Origin: Octopus vulgaris
Lineage: Eukaryota
DNA: 64,000 bases
Direction of reading: 5' to 3'
NCBI GenBank assembly: GCA_951406725.2
Contig: OX597818.1
Span: forward strand, 97,650,001-97,714,000
Position numbers and translations under genes: made by a program. The notes beneath the pieces were generated by a model. It made no database searches and was not told the DNA's origin. It saw only the letters and a list, made by a program, of their open reading frames with translations. Below are positions 31,104 through 45,203 of this stretch, piece after piece; the first letter of the stretch is position 1, and every line of letters starts with the position of its first letter.

Positions 31104-31489
31104 TTACGGGGACGTAAACACACCAGCATCGGTTCTCAAGCGATGTTGGGAGACGAAGACACACACACACACACATACATACATACATATATAGACATAT
31201 ATATATATATATGTATGTATGTACTTACGTACGTATGTATGTATGTATGTATGCGCGTCTGTATGTATTAGAGAGAGAGAGAGAGAGAGAGAGAGTGAAT
31301 ACCACACATACACACACGCACACATACATACAAAAAAGATGTATGCATATGTATTTATGTATGTACGTATACATGACAACACACCCCTTGACACACCTCA
31401 CACAAACATACACACATACATAAACGTAAACAAATGTACAGCGTTGTTCTGGAAGAACTTTAGGTTCATGTTCATTCACCAAGTCTGTA

Positions 31490-32534
31490 ATATCATAATT
31501 TGTCTCTCTTGCTATGTCTCTTGAAGTTAAATCACTAATTTGATGGTTTGTTTTCGACAGTCCAGAGCCAGACTCTTGAAAATTTTTGCCTTCCATGGCC
31601 AAAATTTGATCCTCTGTTTCAATCAGTGCTTAGTTAAAAATTGTTTCAGAGAAGTAAATATTGATATCTGGGTTTGCCTGTTGAACTGCATACTTTAAGT
31701 CCTCAGCCATGTCCTCACGATGTTTCATCCAAAGCTGTAGGAGACTGCCGAGTTGACACATGTTCCGATATTATTGCAAAAAGGTTAGAGTTTCCTTGGA
31801 GAATCTGATACTGATGCTTCAGTCAATGCAAGGCCCCAATGCTCATCATTTTCAAAAAAAGACCTTGTTGATAGCAAACTTCCCTATAAGTTTCACACAC
31901 ATGGCCATCCTCCCTCCTCGAATCTTTGAATGATTTGGGACCACGAACTTCATGCGAAAGGAGGCGTAAGTAGTAGCATTCTGCTTGGCTTGGGGGACAC
32001 TGTAAACTCTTTCAAGAGCACCAGCCCCACATTTCGTCTTGTGCCATTTATTGTTTCTCTATGTATAATACATATGGGTTTGTGGGAAAAGGAGTTTTCT
32101 TGCATCTTCATCTACTTGACACAACTTAAAAAGGCAATAAGAATAGTTTCTTTTGAAGAAAGTGCTTGTTGCAAGGATGTCTGTTTTGTAAAGATAACCT
32201 TGTGGCCATTCTCAAGATGATCACTCAGATGAATGATGGCTGGGTGCCTCTCATGAATTGGAAAATTGAAGATGCGCCAAAAAGCATAATTGGTACTAAT
32301 GTATCTTCCTCTGTCATACTCTCTTACTCTTTACTCTTTTACTTGTTTCAGTCATTTGACTGCCGCCATGTTGGAGCACTGCCTTTAGTCGAGCAAATCG
32401 ACCGCAGGACTTATTCTTTGTAAGCCTTAATACTTATTCTATCGGTCTCTTTTGCCGAACCGCTAAGTTACAGGGACGTAAACACACCAGCACCGGTTGT
32501 CAAGCGATGTTAGGGGGACAGGGGGACAAACACA

Positions 32535-32588
<54 letters not shown>

Positions 32589-32860
32589 CACACATATATA
32601 CGACGGGCTTCTTTTCAGTTTCCGTCTACCAAATCCACTCACAAGGCTTTGGTCGGCCCGAGGTTGTAGTAGAAGACACTTGCCCAAGGTGCCATGTGGT
32701 TGGTAAGCAAGCTACTTACAACATGCGTCATTTTTATTTATCAGCTGACTGCCATTCTGCATAAGAGTGTATGTTACAGCATCTAAACCTTTGTTTATAT
32801 ATTTGCAAACATACTTGATAGAGTTAACAGTGTTGCAGAATCCAACATTGAGTCTGGCTA
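31490..32860 (-). mobile_element. Helitron Rep/helicase pseudogene fragment, interrupted by a SINE
   Basis: Minus-strand motifs NVGFCNTVNSIKYVCKYINKGLD, GRYISTNYAFWRIFNFPIHERHP, ECYYLRLLSHEVRGPKSF and HREDMAED, all characteristic of Helitron RepHel. Confidence 0.88.
32318..32720 (-). mobile_element. SINE family A inserted in the Helitron
   Basis: Matches family A, CpGs largely intact. Confidence 0.85.
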
Positions 32861-33096
32861 CCTGTACTCGTCTTTGCTTCACTGTAGAATACTAATCATC
32901 TACATCTACCCCGACTCCTCTTGTAGAGAGTAAGAACATTGTACTCGGAAAATTAAAATGGGGATTGAATGAAAAAAATGAGTTATACGTGAATATCTTC
33001 ACAAGAGTAATTGAAATAAATGGCGATTGTGGGACACCCCAAGCACGCACGCAGTTACGCACAGAGTATCAAACATCAGATGAAATGGACGTGTGT

Positions 33097-33178
<82 letters not shown>

Positions 33179-33454
33179 GATGCTGTCATGTATACGTACA
33201 TACATAAATAAATATGCATATACCTTTTTGTGTTTGTGTTTGTTTATTATTTAAGACTATTGAAAAGGTTGCAAGACGCAACGAAAATTTTAGAAAATAA
33301 AAAATAAGAAATAAGTGGAAATTTTACCGGTGAGTGTGTTAAATTATTAGGCACAAAAAGAAAATGACTCTCTCTAGACACAAAAGAATATGCTTCAACA
33401 CACGAACTCATATAAAGAATCTTGCAAACCAAATCCCAAAACGAAATATATATA

Positions 33455-34270
33455 TTTATATATATATAAAACTCAACTTGTGTGTCTGTGTGTGTATCTG
33501 TGTGTTTAACTTCCCGGCACATCTCCTAGCCAACAAATCGTAGAACCACCAAAAATGGGTCACTTAAAGTTTAGGCGAATGAAAATTGAACTGCGCTATT
33601 TCTGTTCCGAAATTCATCTCGCAAGTGCAAAAATCGATAATGTGTTTGTTTAGGCCTTATCCCACGCATTGAATAGTGAACTTTACTCAGTCAGCTGTTT
33701 GACGTGAACTGTGTTCACCACGCGTGCAAGCATGCGTAAATTGCATGAAAAATAAAAAATCAAGATATAAAAACGTAAACATCGCCGTGAACATTGTAGA
33801 AATTCGACAAAGAAATGAATTTTCGGGATGTAGCCTGGAGGGTTTTTTCGTATTAATCGTTTGGACTTTGTGAACACATACCAATTATTTTGATAACATT
33901 TTTAACGCTTTGAATTAAATGTAACCAGTTTGCATTGAGTCTGCAGTTTGAATCACTTTAACCAAATTTTAGCAGGCCGGATTTTTGATCATCACGATAC
34001 ATCGCCAGCGACACCCTGAAACTTTCCCCTGAAAACCCCGTTGAGAAATACTGATCTAAAAGAATAATTCAACAATGCAATTATTTGATCAACAAAAATT
34101 TATGAAACGCTTCTACGTACTTCCTATTGAGGAAATGGAACACATAAGCGCAAAAATAGAGGGCATTAAATGCTTGATTTTAAAACCAAAATAATTAAGT
34201 TCAACTTAATTCGCGCGTGCATAGAACGCACGAGCACACGAGCGCACGAGCCGGGTAATACTGCTAATAT
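33455..34270 (+). mobile_element. Non-autonomous Helitron-like element
   Basis: 5' TATATATATAAAACTC followed by (TGTC/TG) repeat. 3' GCCGGGTAATACTGCTAAT (degenerate CTAGT end). Confidence 0.5.
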
Positions 34271-34329
34271 ATATATATAGGCACTCACACATACAACCAT
34301 ACTCACATACAGACACATACATATATATG

Positions 34330-34589
34330 TAAGAATTAAAATACAAACTTAAATTAGGCAATCAACCTTCTATACATACTCATACATAAATTCGACTTAA
34401 AATGCGTATGAATATATATAATAATACATATCGACATATATGAATATTTTAAAAAATATTAAAAAAAATATTCATATACGTCAATATGTATTAATATATA
34501 TATTTATACCCATTTTAAGTCGAATTTATAACTGTATACGTATGTATAGAAGGTTAATTGCCTAATTTGAGTTTATATCTTAATTCTTA
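34330..34589. repeat. ~260-bp AT-rich imperfect palindrome
   Basis: Left arm TAAGAATTAAAATACAAACTTAAATTAGGCAATCAACCTTCTATACATAC mirrors 34540-34589. Complementarity continues to a short central loop near 34455. Confidence 0.88.
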
Positions 34590-35189
34590 TCTTTTGTCTC
34601 GGGTTCGACCCGAGCACTTCTTAAGCAGTTCTATATATTTCGTAAGAAAGAATAATAATATTATATATGTATGTATGTACGTACGTACGTACGTACGTAT
34701 GTATGTATGTATGTATGTATGTATGTATGCATGCATGTATGTATGTATGTATGTACGTATGTACGTATGTATGTATGTATGTACGTATGTGTGTATGGGT
34801 GCATGTATACATATATATACGCGCATACTCACACACACATACACGCACGCGCGTTAAGCTTTCACGCATGGTATTTAAATCCACACATATGCGCCGCCTT
34901 TTGTGGAAGCGAATGTAGATTTGGACAGGTTACATGCTTATTTATTTTGTTATTTATTTATTTCTCTAAACTAAACAAGAAAACAATTGAGGCTCTAATT
35001 ACCCGTTATAGGTGCCGCCGGTTGCAACAATACACACACACAAACACACACACAATCACAAACATAGTGGACCGCTAAAAGTAAAGACTTAGAAAATAAT
35101 ACCCTCATAGTTTGTTTTTTTTCTCGCAAAACAACGGCATAAATAACAAAAGCAATGGTAAATATAAATGAGGATTAAAATGTTGCTTG

Positions 35190-36200
35190 ATATTGTTAAT
35201 GGTGGTTCTATTGGAGGAAGAAATTGAGGAGGAGGCGGAGGGGGAAGAGGCAGAGTTGATGATGAATGTAGGGGCTGGGAATGGAAGCGGGAGTGCTTTT
35301 GAAAGTGGTGTGGAGAATGAGGGTGGCGGTGAAAATGGTGTCGTTGTCATTCTAGGTGGTGGTGGTGGTGGTGGTGGTGGTGGATCCTGGTGATGGTTTT
35401 GATGGTTGGGCTACAACTATCGGATGGTTGTGGTGATGACAGTAGAGGGTGGTGGTGATGATGGTGGTGATAGTGGTTGTTGTGGTGGTAGTCATGGTTG
35501 TTGCGGTGGTGGTGGTGGTGGTGGTGGTGGTGGTGGTGGTGGTGGTGGTGGTGGTGGTGGTAGTGGTGGCAGTAGTGATGGTTGTTGTTGTTATTGTTGC
35601 TGCTGTTGGTGGTGATTGTTGCTGCTGTTGGTGGTGATGGTGGTTGCAGTCAATGGTGGTGGTAGTGGTGGTGGTGGTGGTAGTGGTGGTGGTGGTGGTG
35701 GTGGTGGTAGTAGAGAAAATATCGGTTTCTGTGGTAATGATGCTGGTGGTGATGGTGGAGAAAGTAGTGGTGGGAGGAGTAATGATAACGAAAGTGGAGA
35801 TGATGGAGAGAACAAGGGAGTTGTGAATGTGGGGCGGATCTCCTCGGTGTTGTTGACGTTCTTGGTGGTGGTGGCGGTGGTGGTTATTGGCGCTGGCGGT
35901 GATAGTAGTTGTGAAATTGGTGGTGGTTTTAAAAGTGGTATTGGTGACAGTGGAAGTGGTGATGGAATATTTTTGTTGGTTTCAGGGGCGGTGATAGTGG
36001 TGGTAAAGTCTGTGGTGGTAGTGGTGAAAATTAGGGTGTGTGTGGTAGTAACTGTGGTAACGGTTGTGTATGTAGTGGTGGTGTCAGTAGTCTTGATGTG
36101 TAAGGTTAAGGCGTGTCTTGGTGGTAGTGGCGCTGGCGGTTGTGTGGTAATAGCGAGGTAGTTGTGGAAGTCAGGCTATGGTGTTATGTGGTGGTAGAGA
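35190..36200. repeat. (GGT)n-rich low-complexity tract
   Basis: Degenerate GGT/GTT/GAT triplets, no coherent ORF. Confidence 0.85.
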
Positions 36201-36537
36201 AATGGAAGGCGTGGTTGACCTCGGCGGGATTTGAACTCTAAACGTAAAGAGCCCGAACAGATATAGCAAAATATTATAGCTTGATTGAATGGGTCTGCAT
36301 TGAACATGGGGCGGTTTTCTAGAGACCACAACTGCTCGGAGTGGAACATCAGGGATCTATAGAGTTCCACATTTGGTCCGATATACTGAGTGTTCGAGAT
36401 AATTTTGACGATTTTATGTCTCTTTTTTTTCGGGAACAGCTTGATGTATTGGAGAAACGTCAATGGCATTGGAGAGCTTTAAAGTTGTAGGTGAGAAAAA
36501 GTTAGTTGATATGGAGGACTGGAAACCGTACATACAT

Positions 36538-36573
<36 letters not shown>

Positions 36574-36581
36574 ACACACAC

Positions 36582-36621
<40 letters not shown>

Positions 36622-36629
<8 letters not shown>

Positions 36630-37133
36630 AATCCAAACGGGAAACAAAAAAACAACAACAATGGAACAATTACAGTATTATTATTAATAGGCGCTCAGGA
36701 AATGGAAGCAGGGAGGTATGACGTTTCGAGCGGAGCTCTTCGTCGGAAACATAAAGAAGGAAGAGAGAGGAAAGAAAGATCCCAGAGCGGGCAACGGAGA
36801 TAGAGAAAAAAACGACTGGTGTTTAGGAGTTACACATGGTGAAAGGCGGATGTTTACGATAACAAGAGCAAAGTGGGTTTTTAAAGGCAAAAGAGTGGAG
36901 ACAAGGTTGGTAACGCAACAGATGTGTGTGTATGTGTGAGTGTGTGCGTGTGCGTGTGTGTATGTGTGTGTGTGAGGCGAGATAAAAAAACAAAAAATAT
37001 ATGTATGTGTTAGTGTGTGCGTCCGTGTGTAGGCGTGTGAGGTAGGGCGAGACGGTGGTCAGCATAGCAGCGGCATAGCAGACAAAGGTCAGTAGTAAGA
37101 AAAGGGAGGAAGGAGGAAGGGAGGGAGGGGAAG
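36622..37133 (-). mobile_element. Penelope-type terminal repeat with variant hammerhead (36716-36752)
   Basis: Near-identical to 22232-22730, ends in (TA)n. Confidence 0.62.
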
Positions 37134-37399
37134 TCTAGATTGCGAATCCTCTATACCCCAGGATGGTTCAGCTCTCCACCCGTTAAAAGCCACCGTTTAC
37201 GGAATGAGGATAACAGCGTAGATTTCGCGCCCGTGCAACCGCCAGTCTATCGCATGTGGTGGGTGGATCTTCAAGCTGCTACATGCATTCTTAGTAGCTT
37301 AGAGTAGGCTCGAATTAGAGATTATTCTTTGTGTCTAATGGCGTGAGTCCTGATTGGAAGAAGAAGAAGAAGAAGAAGAAGAAGACACCAATGTCCTCT

Positions 37400-37734
37400 G
37401 AACTATTAGCCCGAGATGATTTTTAAAATGAGAATATCTGAAATAAACTCGACTGCTCTCTCAAACGAGAATACTAAAAATGAACCCGACCGCTCTCAAA
37501 AATTAAGTAAAAAAAACAAATAAAAAAAAAACGGAGAAATAAATCTAGAATCCTTGTCTGATACCTGATCGATCCCCAAATCTAACCAGTTCGTGCCAAT
37601 GACGAGGCCAAACATCCCTGAAAGTTTAATCCGAATTCATCCAGCGGTTCTTGAGATATCTTGTCCACGGACAAAACAGACAAACAAACGCAACTGAAAA
37701 CTATACCTCCGCCTTAGCGAAGGCGGGTGTAATA
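37400..37734 (-). mobile_element. DINE-1/HINE-like non-autonomous Helentron
   Basis: Minus strand begins TTATTACACCCGCCTTCGCTAAGGCGGAGGTATAG (subterminal hairpin), then GTTT/GTCT/GTCC repeats and GATATCTCAAGAACC, the DINE-1-type layout. Confidence 0.6.
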
Positions 37735-38049
37735 AAATAAAATAAGATATAAATAAATGAATAACTAAATAGTTTTTAATTTTAAAATGGAGAAAAAAAA
37801 AAATGCCAAAGACAGCCGACCAATTAGCACCGGCGATGCCAGGACTGCTGTTGGTAAAATCTGACACCAGATGGCGACTGTAGTTTTGTCCGCTGTCATG
37901 GCGTTCCTTTCAGAGTTTGCTATGAGGTTTGTGTCTGCTGATGGCGGTGACATTAGTGGTAGCTGGTGTTTATGAGGTGCCATAGCCAGTAGGTGGCGAG
38001 CTGACTGGCACTGGTGGCGTGAGAACGACATTATTACTGTTTATATGAC

Positions 38050-38481
38050 AATGATGGCGGTGGTGGTAATGTTGTTGTTGTTATTATTATTGGCAGTGAC
38101 TGGGTTGATTATTGAGGCGGCGGTGGTGGTGGTGGTGGTGGTGGGAGTAATGATACTGATGATGCAATTGAAATTGTCGGTTTTGTAGTAATTGTAATAG
38201 TAGTAGTAGTAGTAATAGTAGCAGTAGTAGTAGCAACAACAACAATAGTAGCAGTAGTATCAGCAGTATCAGCTGTAGTAACAATTGTAATAGTAGCAGC
38301 AGCAGTCGCAGTAGCGGCAGCAGTAGAAATAGTAATAGTAGTAGTAGTAGTAGTAGTAAAATTTAGAGAGTAGTTATAGTTATAATAATAATAATAATAA
38401 TAATAATGGTAGTAGTAGCAGCAGCAGCAGCTGCAGTAGTAGTAGTAGTAGTAGTAGTAAAATTTAGAGAGTAGTTATAGT

Positions 38482-38512
<31 letters not shown>

Positions 38513-38544
38513 TTAATAATAATAATAATAATAATGGTAGTAGT

Positions 38545-38594
<50 letters not shown>

Positions 38595-38836
38595 TAGTAG
38601 TAGTTGTAGTATCAGCAGTTGTTAGTGGGCAATATTAATGATATCGATAGCAATGGAGGTTGGAGTATTAGCGCTTTGGGAGTTGATGATTGGTTGTTGG
38701 ATTTCTAGAAATCTTGTATTTCGTTTTAGTACAGTGACGCTGGGTCGTGGTAGCTGAGATGCTATTGGCTCTGAAGATTATGATTGTGATGATGGGGGTT
38801 CAAGAAGAAATCATTGATCCAAATGCTTTGACTTTG

Positions 38837-38870
<34 letters not shown>

Positions 38871-38926
38871 GTTATTGTTATTGTTATTGTTAATATTATT
38901 ATTGTTATTATTTATTATTGTTGTTA

Positions 38927-38966
<40 letters not shown>
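38050..38966. repeat. Compound trinucleotide field (AGT/AGC/AAT/ATT) with a short internal tandem duplication
   Basis: Directly visible. AAAATTTAGAGAGTAGTTATAG is repeated at ~38357 and ~38459. Confidence 0.9.
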
Positions 38967-38967
38967 G

Positions 38968-39262
38968 TGAAGGCGCATAGCTCAGTGGTTAGAGCGTCGA
39001 GCTTACGACCGTGAGGTTGTGAGTTCGAATCCCGGACCGGGCTGCGTGTTGTGTTCTTGAGCAAGACATTTTATTTCACATTGCTTCAGTTCACTCAGCT
39101 GTAGAAATGAGTTGCGACCTTTGTATCGGCTTTTGCCTTTCCCTTGGTGGCGTGGAGAGGGGAGGCCGGTATGCATTGGTTACTGCTGGTCTTTCATAAA
39201 CAACCTTGCCCAGACTTGTGCCTGGGAGGATAACTTTCTAGGTGCAATCCCATGGTCAGTCA
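38968..39262 (+). mobile_element. SINE family C
   Basis: A box TAGCTCAGTGG, B box GTTCGAATCC, CORE-like domain. Confidence 0.85.
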
Positions 39263-39272
39263 TTATTCTGAT

Positions 39273-39478
<206 letters not shown>

Positions 39479-39519
39479 AGGCGGCGAGCTGGTAGAATCA
39501 TCAGCACGCCTAATTTTCT

Positions 39520-41072
39520 CTTCCGAAAATTGTCTAGCAGGTACAGATTGGATTTTCCAGATGTACCAATGTTCTTCAGATCGAATTTTGATAGAATGTT
39601 ATGAAGCTGGTGTGTGTCATCTGAGCTCTGGTAATTATGCTCAGACCTGAATCATTCCTCACAGATCAATTCACAACAATCTTAGCTTCATGCAATTGAA
39701 AGGGTAAGTAAGGAATCTGGCATGGGTGGAGCCTCGACCAATTATATATTAATCAAAATCCTTCGATTAGGTCAACCACCTCTACTTGGCGGCTGACCTC
39801 AAAGTAGCTGGTTTTGGTCTCCTCCTCAGAGACTTGATCGTCGCAATGTACAGTGACATCTGCTCAGAGCAAATGGTCGCCTGTCAGGACCTTTCGGTAT
39901 CATGCGTTTGACCCGTCTCTCCTTTCTGTATAAACTGTCTTTTGAGCCTCTATTGCAGAAAGTGATCTGCACGAACTAAGATACGGAAGATGTGTGTCAG
40001 CATACGTGGACAACATCACTGTAATAGTGTCTGATACTAAGAAAACTGAGGTGATCAGAACGGCTCTAACAGTATGCTGTCAAGCAACATCGTGGGGTGC
40101 AAGACCAGTTAAACTGCTCAGGATCAGGTTTGGACAAGAACTGGAATGAAGTGACGAGCATTGTGGCCAGTTACATTCAGAAACGGGCTGACATCTCTAG
40201 CAATTCCTCAAAAGTTTACATGTGTGGATACCGTTTGTCAGACGTATTTTTTCTTGAGAGAGCTGCAGTTTTGGATTAAATAAATACAGAGACAGAGCGC
40301 TTGGTATCTGGAATGCCGACAAGCACTCACAGTCCTTTATTGGGCAATGCTGTCGGCAGGAATTACACTTTGACGTTGTATAGATATACTTAATAGCGGT
40401 CAAAACAGAGGATGTTTTCGAGAAGAATCGTCTCGCTGGTCTCTTCTGAAGAATATTTTAGCTGGGGGCCTATGGAGAATTTGATCACTGCCAGAGCGTA
40501 GTACCAGTTCGAGATTAAACTATAGGCAAAGAATTGCCGTCATCCAGGCCTGTTCAAGATGCGCATAGAGTGGTAAGATCGTTTTGCTCGCATTCGTCCA
40601 GTGCCTGAGCATTGCTAACTTGTGGAGTTATGTCGAACTTTGCTGTATGACAAAGAGACTGTCTGAGTTCATTGTGGATAACGCCTCCACCGTCCTTTGG
40701 TTCGGAAGAAGAAGCAGGTATTATCTGGTTGATGGTCATAGCAAAAAAGGTTGTGTGATGGACAAGACTGAAAAGATTGAAGATACTTTCCTCATCAACC
40801 AAGCCCTCATGAAAATGAAGGGGAGATGTAAGTGCTGTATCCCAGCAAATTCTTTGAAAATTGGCCAACATAGTCAGAGTGAATGAGTCTGCTCTGAGCA
40901 TGCGCGTCTAGAATTAGAGGTCACCTTAGTGGTCACCTGTTTAATTTCCTTCTTTAACATTGTTATCTAATCGTTTTTGCAGACATTTTCTTTATATGCA
41001 AAACTCCTCAGTTTCTTGTAGCCTCGACCGTGTAACCTTCACCTTGTGTGAGCCCTGATGGCTAATAAACAA
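39520..41072 (+). mobile_element. Second degenerate L1/Tx1-clade LINE including its 3' end
   Basis: Collinear with 18828-20300 (VNHLYLAADLKVAGFG, IANLWSYVE). Ends AGCCCTGATGGCTAATAAAC. Confidence 0.8.
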
Positions 41073-41258
41073 ACGAGCTGGCAGAGTCTTTAGCACGTCG
41101 GGCAAAATGCTTAGCGGCATTTCGTCCGTCTTTACGTTCTGAGTTCAAATTCTGCCGAGGTCGACTTAGCCTTTCATCGACCCCAGTCTGCAAATGATAA
41201 TTATTTTATCGACTCACCCCTTCCCCCAAAATCAGGCCTTGCGCCTATAATAGAAATG

Positions 41259-41310
<52 letters not shown>

Positions 41311-41312
<2 letters not shown>

Positions 41313-41689
41313 CACCCAACAGATTAGTCTGTTGGAAAAGAAAAATTCCTAACATCGGGGCTACAACAAGTAACCTTAGATGCCAAGAACCCTCCTAAGT
41401 ATCTTAGCTGTCCCTAATAACACTGTTTTCTGGAGCTGTACTAACTGGGTTTTATATCTAGTTCCTTTATATATCTGTTCAAATTATTAGTTCCTAATGC
41501 ACCTATAACTACTGGGATACATTTTACCCACACTTTCCATAGTCTGTAATTCAATGGCTAGGTCCTCGTACTTCGCTATTTTTTCTGTTCCTCTCATTGA
41601 TTTTTTCATCATTTCGGACTGTAAAGTTAATTATCTGGCACTTTCTATTCTCTTCGACTACTACTACTAAATCAAACCTTCTAGCTTCA

Positions 41690-41690
<1 letters not shown>
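41311..41690 (-). mobile_element. 5'-truncated R4/Dong-like non-LTR element (restriction-like endonuclease C-terminus) inside (TAA)n
   Basis: EARRFDLVVV..CQIINFTV (RPD motif region), IPVVIGALG, LQKTVLLGTAKILRRVLGI*. (ATT)n on both sides. Confidence 0.82.
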
Positions 41691-41740
<50 letters not shown>

Positions 41741-41914
41741 GTTGTTGTTGTTGTTGTTGTTGTTATTATTCTATGTTTGACTTTTGCTTTATATTTGTAC
41801 AAGCTGGCTCCAAGTCTCACCAAGAGACCTCAAGAGACAACAGGTTGGAAGTCCATGTTGTTGTTATGCCTAGTGTGCCATATGTTTGGTTATTATTATT
41901 ATTATTATTATTAT

Positions 41915-42145
41915 TGAGTGAGAGAGCAGTTCATGCCATCAAAGTGACACTGGGGTAAAATATACGAAGTCCAATATACCCATCATGACTACCTGTCTGA
42001 TAAGGGTACACCAGGCACATGCATCACAACCATATGTGCGCGACATGGTGATCTCATATCAAGATAAACAGCACATGACCTTGCAGGTGGGGCCCAGTTA
42101 GAATTTTCTTCAGGTTGAGTAGCCCATCCTGCTCAAAAGGTCCCT
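41915..42145. mobile_element. Unclassified insertion between (ATT)n tracts
   Basis: Sharp boundaries against ATT repeats and mid-GC content. No motif recognised. Confidence 0.35.
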
Positions 42146-42157
42146 ATTATTTTCATA

Positions 42158-42393
42158 TACACTCAACAGATTAGACAGTTGGAAAAGAAAAACAATCTTA
42201 GCATCGGGCTACAACAAGTAACCTTAGATGCCAAGGACCCTCCTAAGTATCTTAGCTCTCCCTAATAACACTGTTTTCTGGAGCTGTACTAAACTGGGTT
42301 TCATGCCTACTTCTTCTATCCATCTGTTCAAATCTTTAGGGATAGTTCCCAATGCACCCATAACTGCTGGGAAACATTTGACCCGCACTTTCC
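42158..42393 (-). mobile_element. Second R4/Dong-like 3' end
   Basis: VMGALGTIPKDLNRWIEEVGMKPSLVQLQKTVLLGRAKILRRVLGI*, same 3' UTR as the 41311 copy. Confidence 0.82.
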
Positions 42394-42467
42394 GTGGCTT
42401 TTGTGGTTTTTTTCACGTGGACCTTAAAGCGCCCCCCCTTCCCTATTGATAGTTTAATTTTATTTTT

Positions 42468-42756
42468 AACAGCGGTCAAAACTGACGATGTTCTCGAAGA
42501 AAATCGTCTGTCTGGTTTCTTCTGAAAAATATTTTAGCTGAGGCCCAAGGAGAATTTCATTACTGCCAGGGCGTAGTGCCAGTTCGAGATTAAACTATAG
42601 GCACAGAACTGCTGTCATCCAGGCCTGTTTATTTTTAGCTGTTATTTATATTATGTACACGCGAAAACCCATTGTATCGTACTGTTTTTGTCTTTAATAT
42701 TGTTATGTCTTTTAATGTTATTTTATGTGAGCCATTGTGGCCAATAAAAGAATAAA
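42468..42756 (+). mobile_element. Internally deleted L1/Tx1-like fragment joined to a LINE 3' end
   Basis: 42468-42628 matches 40393-40553. Ends AGCCATTGTGGCCAATAAAAGAATAAA then (ATT)n. Confidence 0.68.
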
Positions 42757-42863
42757 TTATTATTATTATTATTATTATTATTATTTTTGTTGTTGTTGTT
42801 GTTGTTATCATCATCATTATCCTCCTCCTCCTCCTCCTCATCATCATCATCATCATCATCGTT

Positions 42864-42926
<63 letters not shown>

Positions 42927-43662
42927 CAGTCATAATTTTATTACATGTTTTCGCGGGAATCTGCTTTTGGTAAGTGCAGTATTTTGTTTTGGCTTGTATG
43001 CTTTATTGCGTTGAAAATGCTCCATACAATATGTATGCAGTGCTTAGTAGGGCTACTTTTTTAATTGAGAAGCTAATTCAAGACCTGAACCATTATGAGA
43101 ATCAAACATCCTATAAAGAAAGCTTCTCCAATTGGAATAACACTGACCACGTTTATATGGAGATGTTTGTAGCTCGAATAACCAAACACAACAACAACAG
43201 CAACAAAAACAACATCAACCGTAAAAAGAATAAAACTCAGCGGTTAAGAAGTCAGCCGGTGGATGTCGAATAACAGAAGGAACGAAACCCACAATAGAAA
43301 ACATCACTAATTGCCACCTTAGGGAAAAAAATGTGACAATCGGTTTGGCGAGAGAGGAATGTAGTATCGATGAAGTTTCTCTTGTTATACACCAGATGGC
43401 GACAATATTAATGATTTAGTTCGTCTGACCTCTCAGTTCTGTACATTTCGTCATCTATTGAGTTGGTGATGCGACTTCTTCATTTAATGAGCCTTCTAAT
43501 TAGTTTCTGTAATCATGGTCACAATTGGAATAATTAAGAATTATCATTTCACTTTAAGGTTTTCAGATTTCTGTTGGATCAATAAAATTCAAGTGTCAGA
43601 TCTATACACCATTTTGTTACATCACACTCACATTTCGTAACATTCATATATATATATATATA

Positions 43663-43700
<38 letters not shown>

Positions 43701-43738
43701 CATCTATCTATCTTTCTATCTATCTATCTATCTGTCCA

Positions 43739-43970
43739 AAGGCGGCGAGCTGGCAGAATCGTTAGCACGCCGAGCGAAATGCGTAGCCGTATTTCATCTG
43801 CCGTTACGTTCTGAGTTCAAATTCCGCCGAGGTCGACTTTGCCTTTCATCCTTTCGGGGTCGATAAATAAAGTACCAGTTACGCACTGGGGTCGATGTAA
43901 TCGACTTAATCCCTTTGTCTGGCTTTGTTTGTCCCCTCTATGTTTAGCCCCTGTGGGCAATAAAGAAATA
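43739..43970 (+). mobile_element. SINE family D, complete copy
   Basis: AAGGCGGCGAGCTGGCAGAA..GAGTTCAAATTCC..GCCTTTCATCCTTTCGGGGTCGATAAA..AGCCCCTGTGGGCAATAAAG. About 15 related copies in the window. Confidence 0.85.
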
Positions 43971-44188
43971 TATCTATTTATCTGTCTGTCTGTCTCTCTG
44001 TCTATTTGTCTGTCTGTCTACCTATCCGTCGTCTGTCTGTCAGTCTGTCTGTTTACCTGCCTGCCTGCATGCCTGCCTGTCTTCCTGCCTACATGTCTAT
44101 CTGTCTGTTTACCTATCCGCCGTCTGTCTGCCTGCTTTCTGCCTATCTGTTTACCTGCCTGCTGTCTGCCTGTCTGTCTGCCTTACTG

Positions 44189-44290
<102 letters not shown>

Positions 44291-44499
44291 AGCCCACCAA
44301 TATACCTACCTACCTATGTACCTACCTACGTCGTTTGATAGATAATGGAATTACAAATAGAAAGTTCTTGACACAGTATTATATATTTGAAAAAAAAAGT
44401 GAATAGAAATGGCTTCCAATCAGTTAAGATCAGAAGCCATGAGAGCCTCTGTCTGGTACTGCACCAGGGCATTTATTATTATTATTGTTATTATTGTTA

Positions 44500-44608
<109 letters not shown>

Positions 44609-44623
44609 CATTATTATTATTAA

Positions 44624-44680
<57 letters not shown>

Positions 44681-45203
44681 CTGAGTCACTGTAATCGACT
44701 TTACCCTTCTCTCAAAAACTGCTGTGCCTGGGCCAAAAATTATTGACTACTTAAAGAGGACAGACGATAAAAGTATGAGTTATTTCGTGAGAAAGACAGC
44801 GACAGTTTTAAAGGACCGATCAGTTTTAAGATGTAGCCAGTAACTTATAGTTTTGGTTTGTAACAAGTATTAATGGCGAGAGAATTGAATTCCAGACTAT
44901 CGAAATAGAATTAAGCAGTTTTTCACGATGGCTGACTCAGTGAAATTGCGATGTGGGAATTCACAAAATGTATAGTGCAGTATAATATCATAGGAGAATG
45001 GATGGGCTGTTTATGGGCGGTTGATATCGGGATAGAGACAACAGCACGCTGAACTACGAAATGGAAGGGGTTACCAATTTCGTGGTTAAGCTAAACCACT
45101 AGTATTGTCTTTTTAACGGAGAACTAACGGCTTTAGAGATATTCAAAAGTAATGAATGTCACGTGGTGTAAATACAGACTGCAAAAAAAATTTGACTTCT
45201 TAA

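Noticed and set aside
35187-36161. Gly/Val-rich or Pro-rich ORFs resembling structural proteins
   Set aside because: Derived from degenerate (GGT)n. Frames are short, mutually overlapping, and lack signal peptide or splice support.
38968-39045. tRNA-like sequence (also 58444-58515, 1945-2020)
   Set aside because: A and B boxes are present but there is no proper acceptor stem, and each continues into a SINE body. These are SINE heads, not tRNA genes.
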